A stretch of 64,000 nt of DNA. It comes from Octopus vulgaris (Eukaryota). Below are positions 12,250-25,549 of the stretch, piece by piece. A program made the translations under genes and the position numbers. The notes beneath the pieces are model-generated. The model was not told where the DNA came from. It saw only the letters and a program-made list of their open reading frames with translations, and ran no database searches. The stretch spans positions 58,156,001-58,220,000 of the forward strand of contig OX597814.1 in assembly GCA_951406725.2 (NCBI GenBank). Reading direction: 5' to 3'. Within the stretch, counting starts at the first letter, position 1, and the number at the start of each line of letters is the position of its first letter.

Positions 12250-14090
12250 ATTTCATAACATTTGCCATAAAGGCAGTACATAGAGTAAGTTAGCTTTGCG
12301 GGCTGGACGAGGACATTAATGAAATGAATGATAATGAAAGAAAGATGATGTGGATGGGAGAAGACAAAAACGCCCGCCGACTTCTGCTTCTCTAAAACAT
12401 TGTTCTTTTAAGAACAAACACAAAACGAGGTATTAAACCTCTTACAATTTTTACAACTTTTCAATTTTTGGACTTAACAGTCCATTACTAACAACAACAT
12501 AGTTCAATAATTACATATGATATAAATACAATACACAAAACCCCTCCTCCCAGACCTAGCTTACACTTCCCTTAGGAATGCGCCAGCTCTAGGTCGGGGC
12601 CCCTCAAGTCGTATCACAATTTATGACTCGTCCTCAAAATAACTTGTGCCCGCACTCTCCGTCATCCACCACGCCTCCCTCAGAACGTAATCGAGTTCCG
12701 TGTTAGCGTCGCCCGGGACCAAGCTATAATGCTCATTGAGCTCCTTCAGCCCAAGCGTCACGTCGAACGCCACGGCCTCCACAGCTACCTGCGGAGGCCA
12801 TTCGGAGTCCTGTGTGAAGGCTAAAGGTGCTCCCTTATGGTGCTTTTCCAACAGCTTTTCAATCTCTCCGCCTCTATGGAAGAGGATCAATACATCGTCT
12901 TTCCTCGGGGGTGGGATATTCAATTCTTTCGTTGGCGGCACAGTCCCCGCCAACGGTGTTTCTTCTCCTGTCGGTTGCACAACCCCAACGGACGCAGTTC
13001 CGGGACACTCCGGCACCATGTCACCGACTGCCGGCAATGTCCCGCTTCTCCTCCTCTTTCCCTTTTTTCCTTTCAACTGAGGGAGGTTGCGTCTCCTCCG
13101 TGGCCGGAAGATTCGCCTTTCCCTCCTCATCCCTAGTATCATTTGGTGAGCACCCATTGTTGCTCACCTTCTTCCTCTTTCGGCCTCTGTTTGAGGAGTC
13201 CTCCGCTTCCTCGGCCGTCTTCATTCCCTCTTCTACAGGGATCTCACTTAACTGCTCCGGGATCCTATTTTGTTCCCGGAGAAGTTTTTCTTTATATGGC
13301 CGGACTCCAAGCACCGATGACACCTGGGGGGAAGGGGTGACCCTCAAGTATCACCGGGTACCAGCACCCGGCCATTTTCAAAAAAATCTGGAAGAACCAG
13401 ATTGGCTGATTGGGTCCAAAGGGTCAAAATTGTTTTTGACCCAACCCAAACAGCCGCAGGAAGAACTTTCACATTAAGAAGCTTAGTTCCGCTGCCACCC
13501 AGACCCCGGCGGATAGTCTCCTCTATCCACTCGGGTTTTATCCCGGGTGGCAACCCGCAGATCCATGCTTTCGTCGATCTCTTTCCATGATACGTGGGCA
13601 GAAATAAAATTTCCTTACCCTCCAGGGGTTTACTAGCAAATTTGTAAGCCTCTTCAGGGGTGTCAAATAGCAACCACACCGTTGCATATCTGACACCCCT
13701 GGAAATGAATTTAATTGTTGGCAAATATTTTGTCAACTCCTTTTCAATTGCCGTCTTTTCGAACAGGGCGATAGTGTCGAGTGCCTTGGAGTAGGTTCTC
13801 AACACCACCGTCCTATCTTCACGGCCTTTTAACCACTTTTCAGGCGGTATAATCTCCCATTCCAAAGTTTTGTCATTTTTCATTGCCATGTGTTTTTTTT
13901 AAATATATTCAAAATAAAACTTAAAAAGCGAGAAGAAAAAGAAATCAAAAGAAAGTCACAATAAACAAAAAGGAGAAAATCAAATAAAGTTCAAAAGAAA
14001 GTCAATAACTCAGCAAAAAACATTCTGGCCATTCGGTACTCCCGGCTTAAATTGAACCCGGAACGCTGCAACTGGAACACAACTTCCACA
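12250..14090 (-). mobile_element. ORF1/gag-like retroelement lacking RT (probably non-autonomous, L1/Tx1-like)
   Basis: GC-richer coding block 13889-12621 in three consecutive ORF segments; PRCHRCLESGHIKKNF (CX2CX4H knuckle, last C lost) at ~13328-13282; basic RGRKRKK patch; 3' end finishes in AATAAA. Confidence 0.65.
12621..13889 (-). pseudogene. Disrupted ORF1-like nucleic-acid-binding protein (possible RRM-like N-terminus plus zinc knuckle)
   Basis: 181-aa ATG ORF; the zinc knuckle follows its TGA in frame; continues by frameshifts into 13021-13347 and 12621-13157. Confidence 0.6.
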
Positions 14091-14189
14091 ATATATATAT
14101 ATATATATAAATTAATAATAAAATATTAGGGAATAAATCCAAACTTACAGGGAAAAATCAGATTTGAATCCAATTTTATAGTAAAATAT

Positions 14190-14595
14190 TATATTAATTT
14201 AAATTAGAGATAAAACCACTATTAGGCAAATCATACAATGAAAAACTTAAGCCAATACATAAGATGAATTAATTTATATCATTTTAAATATATATCAAAA
14301 TTGTTAAAAAGAGATAATTAGTATAACACTACGATCGTTTCATGGCTGTCCAATTCGTAAAAATTCGAGTTACAGTCATTCTTCAGGTGATTGAAATATT
14401 TAACTTGGCGAGGTTTAATCAATGAACTGTAACTCGAATTCTTACGAATTGGACAGCCATGAAACGATCGTAGTGTTATACTAATTATCTTCTTTTAATA
14501 ATTTTGATATATATTTAAAATGATATAAATTAATTAATTATTGGCTTAAGTTTTTCATTGTATGATTTGCCTAATATTGGTTTTATCTCTAATTT

Positions 14596-14600
<5 letters not shown>
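14190..14600. repeat. Large inverted repeat (~180-bp arms, ~50-bp spacer), PLE pseudo-LTR-like, flanked by (TA)n
   Basis: ~14190-14375 is the reverse complement of ~14427-14600 with a few differences. Confidence 0.85.
14327..14389 (-). ncRNA. Minimal type I hammerhead motif
   Basis: Minus strand reads CAC-CTGAAGA-ATGACTGT..ACAGCCAT-GAAA-C-GATC-GTA-GTG; stem III is palindromic (ACGATCGT). Confidence 0.7.
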
Positions 14601-14675
<75 letters not shown>

Positions 14676-15004
14676 GCAACATACATATATAGAGTAGCGA
14701 ATATTCACTAGAAATATCACCACCAGTGGCCTAGCATGTATAAATAGTCAATAGACAACATATTCTTAATATAAAATAGTGTACATTTAAACACAGAGAA
14801 AACTACCCTTTAACAGGTAATTTTCACATGCTAGAACAAGCAGCCAAAACGACCAAAACCACATAATAGCAATTGTCAAGGAAATGAAAAATTAAAAAAA
14901 CTTTTCCCTTTTTATTTTTTTAACATGCTGCTTCTTCTAGCATGTACAAATTACATAATAAGGGTAGTTTTCTCTTGTGTTTAAATGCACACAATTTTAT
15001 ATTA

Positions 15005-15135
<131 letters not shown>

Positions 15136-15687
15136 AGGTAGACAGATTGATAGATAAATATACATATGTGTATACATATTTAAATGTGCGTGTGTGTTTG
15201 CGTGCGGGTATGTTTATGAATATCTGTCTCTTTAAGCATAGAATAAAGGAAAATGCCAAATGACTCAAGAAAAATTTTGTGTATTAATGTATAGAATCCT
15301 TACAAAACTACGTTCATATGTATCTGTTTTTGAAATATAGAAATCTATTATATAGTGATTTATTTTCTTTGTCATGTCCTAACACCATATACTCAACTGA
15401 TTACAAAGATTATTTAACTTCATATATCATAATACTTTGTATCCGGAATCGCACTATGACAAATTTGAACACTCACTCTTTGATATATTAAGTTGGACTT
15501 TATGTTATTTATTTCCTTATGTATATCTCTTCTGCTTTGTACATCTTTCCGTTCTGACATTTCTCTTGCAGGTATTTATGAGAATTTCGTTTCATACCCC
15601 ACCGCACTCTTTGTGTTGCTCTCTTGATATTTATATATTTGCACACATGAACATACGCGCACGTTCATTCACACAACACATTTATGC

Positions 15688-15734
<47 letters not shown>

Positions 15735-16054
15735 GTATTTAAGTGTATGTATATATAAATGTATGTGTGTGTATAAGTGTATGAATGAATATATTATGCG
15801 CACAAGTTTACAGACATGTGTGTTTACGTATATGCCCATCCTTGCTTTCATTATATTTGAAATGGAATATGCCACTAATATATTTCACTGAAGTAGAAGA
15901 AAAACTTCCAGCTGAGATGACATTTCAATAGTCATTTTCAATAGATGAAATCATACTAGAGTCTTCATATCCCACTTATGTTGTTTCCCTGTAATATTTG
16001 CTAAATCCTACTTGTAATATTCTTTTCTACTCTAATATGTAACTGGTAATTAAT

Positions 16055-16182
16055 TTATCGTCCCCAAAAGGATGAAAGGCAAAGTCGATCTTGGCGGAAT
16101 TTGAACTCAGAACATAAAAAGACAGGTGAAATACAACTAAGTATTTCCACCGGCTTGCTAACGTTTCTGCCAGCTCGCCGCT
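16055..16182 (-). mobile_element. SINE family A, truncated
   Basis: GGATGAAAGGCAAAGTCGA..GGCGGAATTTGAACTC..CTAACGTTTCTGCCAGCTCGCCGC. Confidence 0.8.
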
Positions 16183-17559
16183 TTTCTGCTTGTAATATAA
16201 CATGTATAATGACTAAAATATGACAACGGTAGTGTAGCACAAGATCTGTTTTCGAAGCTGGCCACGGTCAGCTTTATATTTCATGTTTATCGGATCGATA
16301 TAATAAATATCGACAAAAAATGCGGTCACCACATGCATTCAGAGTTTTATCCAGCAACAAATTCAAAATGTTAGAAGTGTGGTAGAATCAATCGATAGTT
16401 TTGTCGTTATATGTTTATTTTGCGTTCAACTCTTCCAAGATCAACAATATACCTGAAAAGTACAGGCTCGCCGTTACTGATTACATCCGTGGCTCAAATT
16501 TGTAGTAGTTTACTTTTAAAGTCAGTTTTAAACTATAGTTTTAGATATTTCTCTTCTCTCCATCTGAAAACAATTTCTCTTCACTTCTCTTGTCCACGGT
16601 CGCTGATATTTCACTGTCTCTTTACGCATTAAAGGGGTAAACGGTAAAATGATTATACGCACATATATACAGATAGATAGACAAATAGGCAGATATATAA
16701 ACTCACACACACACACATTCAAAGTAGAGAAGATGCAGATGCACTGATATTTTACTGGGAAATTTTATCTACTAAATATGTTTATATATCTTCTAAAGTG
16801 TTCAATATATTTAACAGTCACCATGATGCTATATTTAATGATGTTTGTAAAATTCCCTTTCTCCATTAGTTGTTGTCATCTAGCTTTAAGTTCATAATTC
16901 CATAATGATTTAGGTAATGAGTTATTGCTATTACCAGTAAGAGCTGAGGCAATACGTGGGATAATCATTTACGTCAATAATGATAAATATAATTAGTAAT
17001 TAATTAAATCTCTGTATGTAAGCGTAGTTGTTAGATTCAAATATCTATAGTCTCTTTGTTTTTCCTTACTCTTCAGATATTCTATTTCTACGATGATATG
17101 TTATAAATGAAATTTAAACCCAAAATATTCAGTTACTGATTCACTACGCATGTCATTATATGTTTATTCAGTGATATTTGTTTGTAACTGGGAAATTGTA
17201 TATGTTCCCTAAACAATATCATTCGTTTTCTTCAGGACGTTGAACTGTTTTGCCCAACATGATTCACTCAACATTCTGAACAAGTTTATTAAATAAAAAA
17301 TTCCAAAATAACAGATGAAATTATTTTTATTTCAAAGTATTATTCTATCCTAAAATGAAATTTGGAAATTTCTGACAATTAACGGAAAATTCTGTTCGAT
17401 CACCCAGACTTTTTTACTGTTGGTCCTGTTGTTGCTGATTTTTAATTTACATGAGTAATTATTCCTTTTAATGATTCTGGCTGTCATTTAATTTTTATAA
17501 CTTTTTGCGTTTCTAGAATGAAACTCATCTTGGAGTAATTTATAATTTGCAGACTAATA

Positions 17560-17950
17560 TAGTTAAAGGTTGTTTCTAACATTGTAAGAGAAGGCATATA
17601 AAAACTTTTTCAATTCAGTCTTTTCATTTATTTTTACTTGCCTTAGTATGTCCATAGGAGATGTGTCGACTTCTTGTATCCAATCATCTATTAAATATGG
17701 TGACAGTGTTTGCCGATGAGTATATTTATAGGTGCTTGTATTAAACCGGTTGCCATTATGCATATCCTTTTTGCTAATTTAAGAGAGAAATTTGTCCTAA
17801 TGTCTTTTGGGTGACATGAGGTAAAGGGTATCTTTGGATTTCTTAATCATGATCGTCTCAAGTCCGTTGCTCAGTTTTCATCATTAAAATATCTAAAAAA
17901 ATATTAATTTACCATTGACTTCGGTAGGTTTTACCAACACGCACACATAA
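17560..17950 (-). mobile_element. Penelope-like element RT remnant
   Basis: Manual translation gives EVNGKINIFLDILM and FTSCHPKDIRTNFSLKLAKRIC, matching PLE motifs ExNGKLPFLDI and SCHPxHxKxNIPxxLAxRIC. Confidence 0.65.
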
Positions 17951-19411
17951 ATCCATAACACGAGAAAATGAGACGGAGAGAGTGGAGATAATTTGATTTC
18001 TATTCTTTAAAGTATTGCAACTTTATTTTATTTGTTGACACAGATCTTCAGAGATGACTATGGACAGATCCTGTAGATTCGATTCATTTGAATTTCCTAG
18101 TGAAAGAATTAAATATTTCAAACACATACAGACACACGCACGCAAAACAAATAATTGAACATATACATAAATAAACATATATATATACATATACAAACAT
18201 AATTATATAAGTATATATATATATGTATGTATGTATGTATATATGTATGTATGAATATATATGTATGCGTAAGTGAGGGAGAGAGAGAATGGAGAAGAGA
18301 TACGGATATATTGATATAATTGTTGTCCCCTTCCTTTTTCTGTTTGCTTGCTTATTAACTTATCTTGCTCAATCTATTCTTAATGGACATTTCAAGATGG
18401 CATTACAGCGAGACCCTATTTTCGTTAAAAGCTTTCCATGAAACAATATTTGCTTTGCGAATCAGCAACTCCTACCTCTTTAGATATTAGCATGCTGGGA
18501 CTGGCTTTGTAGTAATATTTATATAATACTTCGTCTAGTATTGATGTATCATCTTGTTTTCCTCCTATTCATATGAGATATATTGAATTTGCATCTTAAC
18601 TTTGAATACACATTTAAGCACTGCACATCTCCAATGAAAGCAGATACTAATGGGATTATTTTCAATATAATTACGCCATAATGACTTCAAAATATTTTCT
18701 GTTGATCTAGTTTGGTGGATTATCAGCAAAATGTGCCTAATAATAGCTCTGCGATATTTTTGACCTACCATACTGCTAGCGTCCTGAGTCACTGTAACAT
18801 TCATGTGAAATTTTCTTTGTACTAGGGCAGATAAAATAATTATCACCCAAATACTGTAGTTATCTATTTGAATATAGTTACCACCAAAATGTCTAACCTT
18901 GGACATATATGAATATCATTCAGATAATTATTTATTTGCAGCAGTCTTTTGTCTTTAAATTGAAAATATTGTGGAACGAAGTAAAAATTTATTCAGCACA
19001 AATTACATTCCATTCAAGTGCCGCAAATAAAGAAACCTTTTCCTATCTATTCTCAAAATAATTCCACACTCCTGAGGATCCACGTTATTTTGGGTGATGC
19101 AGAGGGGTGATGTAGAATCACCCGCGGTGGGGAGCACTGGTGGACCTGGTCGGCTCTCAAATAAACTGAGATAACCCAAGACCCGTCAAGGAAGAGCATG
19201 AAGCAGGAAGCTAACAAGCACGCAGTTCGTAGCTTAACAGTGGGTTGTTGTTACTGTCTGGTGCAATTAATATTTAAAAGTAGCATTCATTGGAATTTAC
19301 GATAAATGCCATCAATGAAATATTCATAGGAACTTCTCTCTGAGGTTAGTTATTTAAATGTAGGCTGGCGGTCCAGCAGAGAGTAAACGATATACGATGG
19401 CAGATATAGAA

Positions 19412-19643
19412 GGCGGCGAGCTGGCAGAAACGTTAGCACGTCGGGCGAAATGCTTAGCGGTATTTCGTCTGCCGTTACGTTGTGAGTTCAAATTCCGCCG
19501 AGGTCGACTTTACCTTTCATCCTTTCGGGGTCGATAAATTAAGTACCAGTTACGCACTGGGGTCTATGTAATCGACTTAATCCCTTTGTCTGTCCTTGTT
19601 TGTCCCCTCTATGTTTAGCCCCTTGTGGGTAATAAAGAAATAG
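19412..19643 (+). mobile_element. SINE family A, full length
   Basis: A box TGGCAGAAACG, B box GAGTTCAAATTCC, Meta-SINE-like core GGTCGACTTTACCTTTCATCCTTTCGGGGTCGATAAA..AGTACC, AATAAAGAAAT tail; GATATA(C/T)GATGGCA repeated on both flanks. Confidence 0.9.
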
Positions 19644-20559
19644 ATATATGATGGCACAATGAAATAACTGCTGCTAAATGAATACGAAGCTTTGATAGCG
19701 AGGGAGTTAATAGGTACCTTACTTAGTTTAAGTTTATTTATAGTTTCTTCCAGATTTGTGTAGCCTCATGAGTAAGAAACAGAAATGCTCTTTGTATGTG
19801 GAATGATCTACACATCCTTCTTTCGTTGTTGTGAAATTTCCGCTTAGCCATGTAAATAACATAATTTGAAACGATATAAAGTTATCTAACTTGTTACTCT
19901 TTGTGTAATTATGAGCTTTAAGCGAATCTGTAAGAATGTTAGCGTATCTATTGTAGTATATTAATCCGTACCCATTCGTGACTACTGCCTTTCTCGGTAT
20001 AATACCAATTTGCAAGCGTATGGTAGCCCCTACAATTCTTTTACTCATATCGTTCAATGAATCCATACATTGAAACGCACACACACACATACACACACAT
20101 ACACACACACACACAAACGCACGCGCGCACACATATATAAGGGTCTATGTCCTCTTATTATCATGCATGGCATTTTTGTACATCTAGTAATATTAAGAAT
20201 CCCTCTTATATACGTCGGCTAATGAAAGCTCAAGTTTCGAAGAACGTTCAGTAATAAAGGAACATTCTAATATTAAGCATTTCATCTATTTCGTTCAGAA
20301 CTTGTGACTTACTCTATATTCTTGATTCTATAGACAGATATCTTTTTTTTCAAGTAATTCATAATATCAGTACTTATTAAGCACTTTTGGCGAAAATGAC
20401 CCTATCTCATAAAGACTAATCATTATGCATGTTTTGGGGTACATATTTGTGTATTACGAGAATATATACACGCACAATATACATGCACACGCACACATGC
20501 ACGTACGCATCTACACACATATTATGAATGAACTACATCAGATTTATTTGTACTTTCTA

Positions 20560-21025
20560 TAATGTGCTCCTTAGGATCTTTGTTGATTGTTCGGTCACCA
20601 TTTCAGTTGTTATTCTTTTATTGCTCGGATGGATTCACTTCATGCTTCTCCGACCTTAATTCCTTCAGTCATTCAGCATCTTCATTGTGCTTTCTTCTGT
20701 TATCCCATACTCCAAATCTTTCTACTCTCTTCAGCATCCGGTTTCTCGCTACTTTTAACCTTTCCATTCAGCTTCTGCTAAACCCTTTTCTGATCTTGTT
20801 GGAACAAGTTGTTGATTTTATATTGTTCAGTTGTTTGGTCATATGTCCTGATATGCTTTAACCTGCAATCCTTGTTTCAGCTCTTCAAGGATTACATTTA
20901 GCCTCCTTTTCTTTAACCTCTTCATACGTCCTTGTTCCTATACATGTTTTCTAGTTCCCGATATTTCTTCTTCCCGATTTCACCTCTTTCTTTTCTTTCT
21001 TTCTTCCTTTCTTTCTTTCTTCCCT

Positions 21026-21083
<58 letters not shown>

Positions 21084-22630
21084 TTCCTTTCTATCTAAAG
21101 TGCTGATATGTTTTCATAGTTCGTTCATTGATTGCTTTATAATTCTTTTCGAACGTAGGCTATTTTTCTTCATTTCTTCTACGTTTTTTTTTCGAGGCTT
21201 GTTTCCTTTTCTATATAGATGATAAAAGCTTCAATCAATTATTTCCATGTCCAGGTTTTTCTCAATAATACTAGTGATGATTTCAATCATTCCCCTGTCT
21301 TCATCATTCAGTCCTTCTATACTCTCAAGGCTTAAATTCTTATAATTATCTCGGGCACAGATACAGCTTCGTCAACTTTCTCTGTAACAACAAATGCTTC
21401 ACTCCCTGTGTTTTCGATGGTCGCTATCATCTTAATCTCATCAAACTGCAGGCCATCCTGTCTTATTTATTGTCATTACCTTGTCACAGAGTCTGTGTTC
21501 CATAATATCTGAGCACTGCTTTTCCATTCACATGTCATGTATAACTCTATAACCTCTTATAGGATTACCTTCAGCATCACGGATCCGCTCAAAAAATAAT
21601 ATTTCATGCCATCTGTTGGCATGCTGTTCTTAATCAATGCATACACATTCTCAGCTATTACAGACATGCCGAATGTTTCTAAAACCCACGAATGCGGCAA
21701 CATTTTGTAAGACGTTTTGAAGTCTATCCAGGCCATGCATAAGTTTTTTGGTACCGTACACAAATTCTCCATAGACAGTTCTTGTCTATCACAAGATGGT
21801 CCTTATCTATCAGAAGATGGGGTAGATTTTTTTCCGCAAGGAACGTATAGATTTTCCCTGTGAGGATATCTGTTAATACTTCCCATAGGAGGTTTAGACA
21901 AGCAATGGGTGGGTAATTGCCAACCTCATTACTCTTTGACTGATCTTACATTAACAATGTTGTTTCCCTCTACCATCCACTTCGGAACTGCTCTGGAGGA
22001 ACATGCCTAATTGCAACGCAATCCTCTTGTGTGTTGACTGAAACAACTTGAGCCAGTAGCCTTGAATTCCGTCGGGTCCTGCAGCTTTCCAGTTTGGCGG
22101 TTTTGGTACCTGTGCAATGACATCTTCCGTTGTTATGCGCACATGGTCCTGTCGCATAACAGTCTCCGGGTAGTGGAGTTCGGATCTCACGCAATGAATC
22201 CACTCAGCACCGAGGTTGTAGGAAATGTCTTGCCCCAAGATGTTATTCCAAAATTGGTGGGTTTTTTTCTGCTTCAAGAGGTGTATTATCTTCTGTATTT
22301 TCTCCTTAGCCCTTAAAAAATTGTCTCTGTTTATTTGAGAATTACCGGTTTTGATGGAACTGCGATATGCGGTAAGTGTAGCACTACACTATAATATTTT
22401 TGCCCGCACACGTTGTTTTAAGGTTTCAATGACAGTTTTGAAACCTTTCTTTTCTCTTTGGTACTTCGTGTCAAGGTATGCCCTCGCACTTTTTTTCCAA
22501 TTTTCCATTGCTCTTTGGATCACTCTTCTATACGGGTCAGATATTTACGCAAAGTTAGAATACCTCCTCCAATTCTCTGTTTCCAGCATGGCTCCTATTC
22601 CTCTACTTACCTCTCTTTCTTTCCAACCAG
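20560..22630 (-). mobile_element. R4/Dong-type non-LTR retrotransposon fragments (pre-RT and RT)
   Basis: PNWKAAGPDGIQGYWLKLF, NYPPIACLNLLWEVLTDI and NLCMAWIDFKTSYKMLPHSW; homologous to 8400-8850; interrupted by (TTTC)n at ~20985-21090. Confidence 0.8.
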
Positions 22631-22635
22631 TTCAC

Positions 22636-22642
22636 TATTACT

Positions 22643-22741
<99 letters not shown>
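22636..22741. repeat. (CAT)n(TAT)n microsatellite
   Basis: Direct reading. Confidence 0.95.
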
Positions 22742-23260
22742 GAGTGAGAGAGCAGCACATGCCATTAAAGGGACACTGGGGTACGCAATATACGAAGCCC
22801 AATATACCCATCCTGACTACCCGTATGATAAGGGTACACCAGGCATATACATCACAAATACATGTGCGTGACATAGTGATCTCATATCACAAGTGGAGTC
22901 CTGTTAGAATTTTTTTTCTGATCGAGTAGCCCTTCTCTCTCAAAAGGTCCCTGAATGAAGGATGTTTAGGAATGTTGAAAGAAACATCCATATTTCCAGA
23001 GGCAAATTATTCAAACCCAAAGAATTTTTTTCAACACATGGCTATGATGTTCCCCCACTACTTATGCTGGTGATCAGAGATGTATATATTGTCAGTCACT
23101 AAGGGATATTGCTCAACCATTTAAGGTCAAACAAATGTCAAGCAAATATTTGCCATTGAGCAGAATATTTGTTGTAGCCAACCTTTTACACCAAGACAAA
23201 ACATGTACAAGATAGCAGTTCCAGTCATTTAAGATTAGAAGCCATGAGAGCCAGCGCCTG
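22742..23260 (-). mobile_element. Probable LINE 3' end with (AAT)n tail
   Basis: Complex sequence ending GCTCTCTCACTC-(AAT)n on the minus strand; family not identified. Confidence 0.45.
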
Positions 23261-23299
23261 TATTATTATTAATATTAATATCATTTATTTAACTCAGGC

Positions 23300-24130
23300 T
23301 TGTTTTTATTTCTGGTAGAATTTACGTGGTTAGCGGCTTACTATCTGTAACCTTCGATTTCAACATACTTTCAGTAGTCTTTCAAGTGCTTAAAACCCTC
23401 CTGGTAAACTTACTGGCCGTAAGAGGCAAACTTTTCAACCACTTATCTATATCTTTATTCGCAGTTCCTAATGCACTAATTACTACAGGCACAACCTGCA
23501 CAGGTTTCATACCCCAAATTCGAATTTTAAGTAATTGCATTTTTTAAAAATTGTTATTCTTTGTTTACAATCCTGGAACCAAACGCATGTGATGGATAAA
23601 TTAGTAACTTCAGTTTTCCCTGTCTAATATTGTTACGTCTGGTTTATTATCGTTTGAATAGGAAAATCTCAAAGAATCTTGCATATCTCTGACTCAAGAA
23701 CTTTTTCAAACCGACGATCATAGCAAATACTGCCAGCTTGTTTGTTTTTAACACTTGATGTTGTGCTGCTATTATAAGTCTCTATCTCTCTCTTTCTCTA
23801 TTTGCCCTATTTTCAACCAATATCATACAGCCTCAGTGGTGTTTGTCGACACAAGGTTCCAGAAATGGTACACAGCTTTCCACAGAAAATACCTACCAAA
23901 TCTGGTCGAGTTGTTTTTACTACTAGCATATATAATTATTGGAACTTGGTTTCCTTTGTACTATCATAAAGAACCGATATGTTCAAGAAGTGAAAAACAG
24001 GTTATTTTAACATTGTTTTTGTGAGGTGTTTCTGAGGCATGTGTGAAGTCACTTTATGAAAACCTTCTTCAATGACATTTTTGTCTCAAAGTTTACATCA
24101 CTTCCAACAGCGTCCTCTGTTTCAACAATT
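23300..24130 (-). mobile_element. R4/Dong-type C-terminal restriction-like endonuclease fragment
   Basis: NKPDVTILDREN and IWGMKPVQVVPVVISALG match the RLE motifs KPDI..W..VVPVVIGALG. Confidence 0.7.
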
Positions 24131-24620
24131 GCTATTAGATTAAGATAAAACACTATTTCTAATGAATAAATTGTATATGTTATCTTCAAACGCTCAATGA
24201 TATGCAATAATATAATTAGCCATTATCAAAGCACCTTCCCTCACTTACGATACAAGCTCCTTTTTTAATAGCTAAGGTTCTGAAGAAAGCAGGTAATAAT
24301 GAACTAATATGCTAGGAACAATAACAACATTATGCTATTTCTCTAAGGTAACGTCATCATTCAAGATCAGGTCTTCTATTCTACTGAAGACAGGTTTAAA
24401 GAACAGTTTATAGTCTGCAACGTCCTTGCGGGAATATATTGATCTATACATCGGAAAAGCATAGATGATATCATGAACTTCTAACGTAGCTTAGTTTTAT
24501 ATATGAAAGACTTTATAGAAGCGCTAATAGTCGGATATATAATTGAGATTGAAGGTGGAAGTAAACTATAGAATGACATGCAAGTGCATCTATTGATTCC
24601 CTCGTTTCGTTTCTTTTGAG

Positions 24621-24656
<36 letters not shown>

Positions 24657-24805
24657 GCACACACTCGCAGCTCATTCGCTTATACAAACGCGTGCTCAAC
24701 CACACGCAACGCACACATTTCTATGTACAAACACACAACTCACATGTTTCCCATATACACGCATATATATGTATATGTTCTTGTCATTCTTTTGTTTCTT
24801 TTATT

Positions 24806-24975
24806 TATTTCAGTCATTTGACTGCGGCCATGCTGGAGCACTGCCTTTAGACAAGCAAATCGATGCCAGAACTTATTTTTACTAAGCCTAGTACTTATTC
24901 TATTGCCGAACCGCTAAGACACAGGGGCAATAAACACACCATTTTCGGTTGACAAGCGATACTGGGCGGACAAAC
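24806..24975 (-). mobile_element. SINE family B, 3' half
   Basis: TTTCAGTCATTTGACTGCGGCCATGCTGGAGCAC..GCCGAACCGCTAAG. Confidence 0.75.
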
Positions 24976-25005
24976 ACAAACACACAAACACACAAGCACG
25001 CACAT

Positions 25006-25046
<41 letters not shown>

Positions 25047-25149
25047 CATATGGGCATATATGTATGCGTGAGAATCTGTCTACACTACTACTACTACTAC
25101 TAATAATAATAATAATAATAATAGTAATAATAATGATAATGATAGATAT

Positions 25150-25549
25150 TTTCTACTATAGGCATAAGGCACGCAATTTTGGAGGTGAGGCTAGTCTATT
25201 ACATCGGCCCCAGTGATCAAGTGGTATTTATTTTATCGTATCCGAAAAGGTAAAGTTGACCTCAGCGGAATTGGAAATACCGCTAAGCATCTTTCCCAGC
25301 GTGCTAACTATTGAGCCAGCTCGCCGCCTTAATAATCCTTTCTGCTAAAACCACAACGCCTGAAATTTTGGGGGAGGAGACTAGTCGATTATATCAACCT
25401 TAGTGTTTGACCGGTACGTAACTTATTAACCAGGAAAGGATGAAAGGTAAGGTCAACCTCGGTGGAAATTGAATTCTGAATGTAAGAACGGACGAAATGC
25501 CGCTAGGTATATCCTCTGGCATACTAACAATTCTTCTAGCTCGCTGTGT
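25150..25549 (-). mobile_element. Two adjacent degenerate SINE family A copies
   Basis: Copies end at CCAGCTCGCCGCCTT (~25331) and CTAGCTCGCTG (~25549). Confidence 0.7.

Noticed and set aside
12736-13477. Plus-strand ORFs of up to 216 aa
   Set aside because: Antisense shadows of the minus-strand ORF1-like frame
19412-19500. tRNA-like A/B boxes (also at 46877 and 47815)
   Set aside because: SINE heads; no complete cloverleaf or acceptor stem, and followed by SINE bodies
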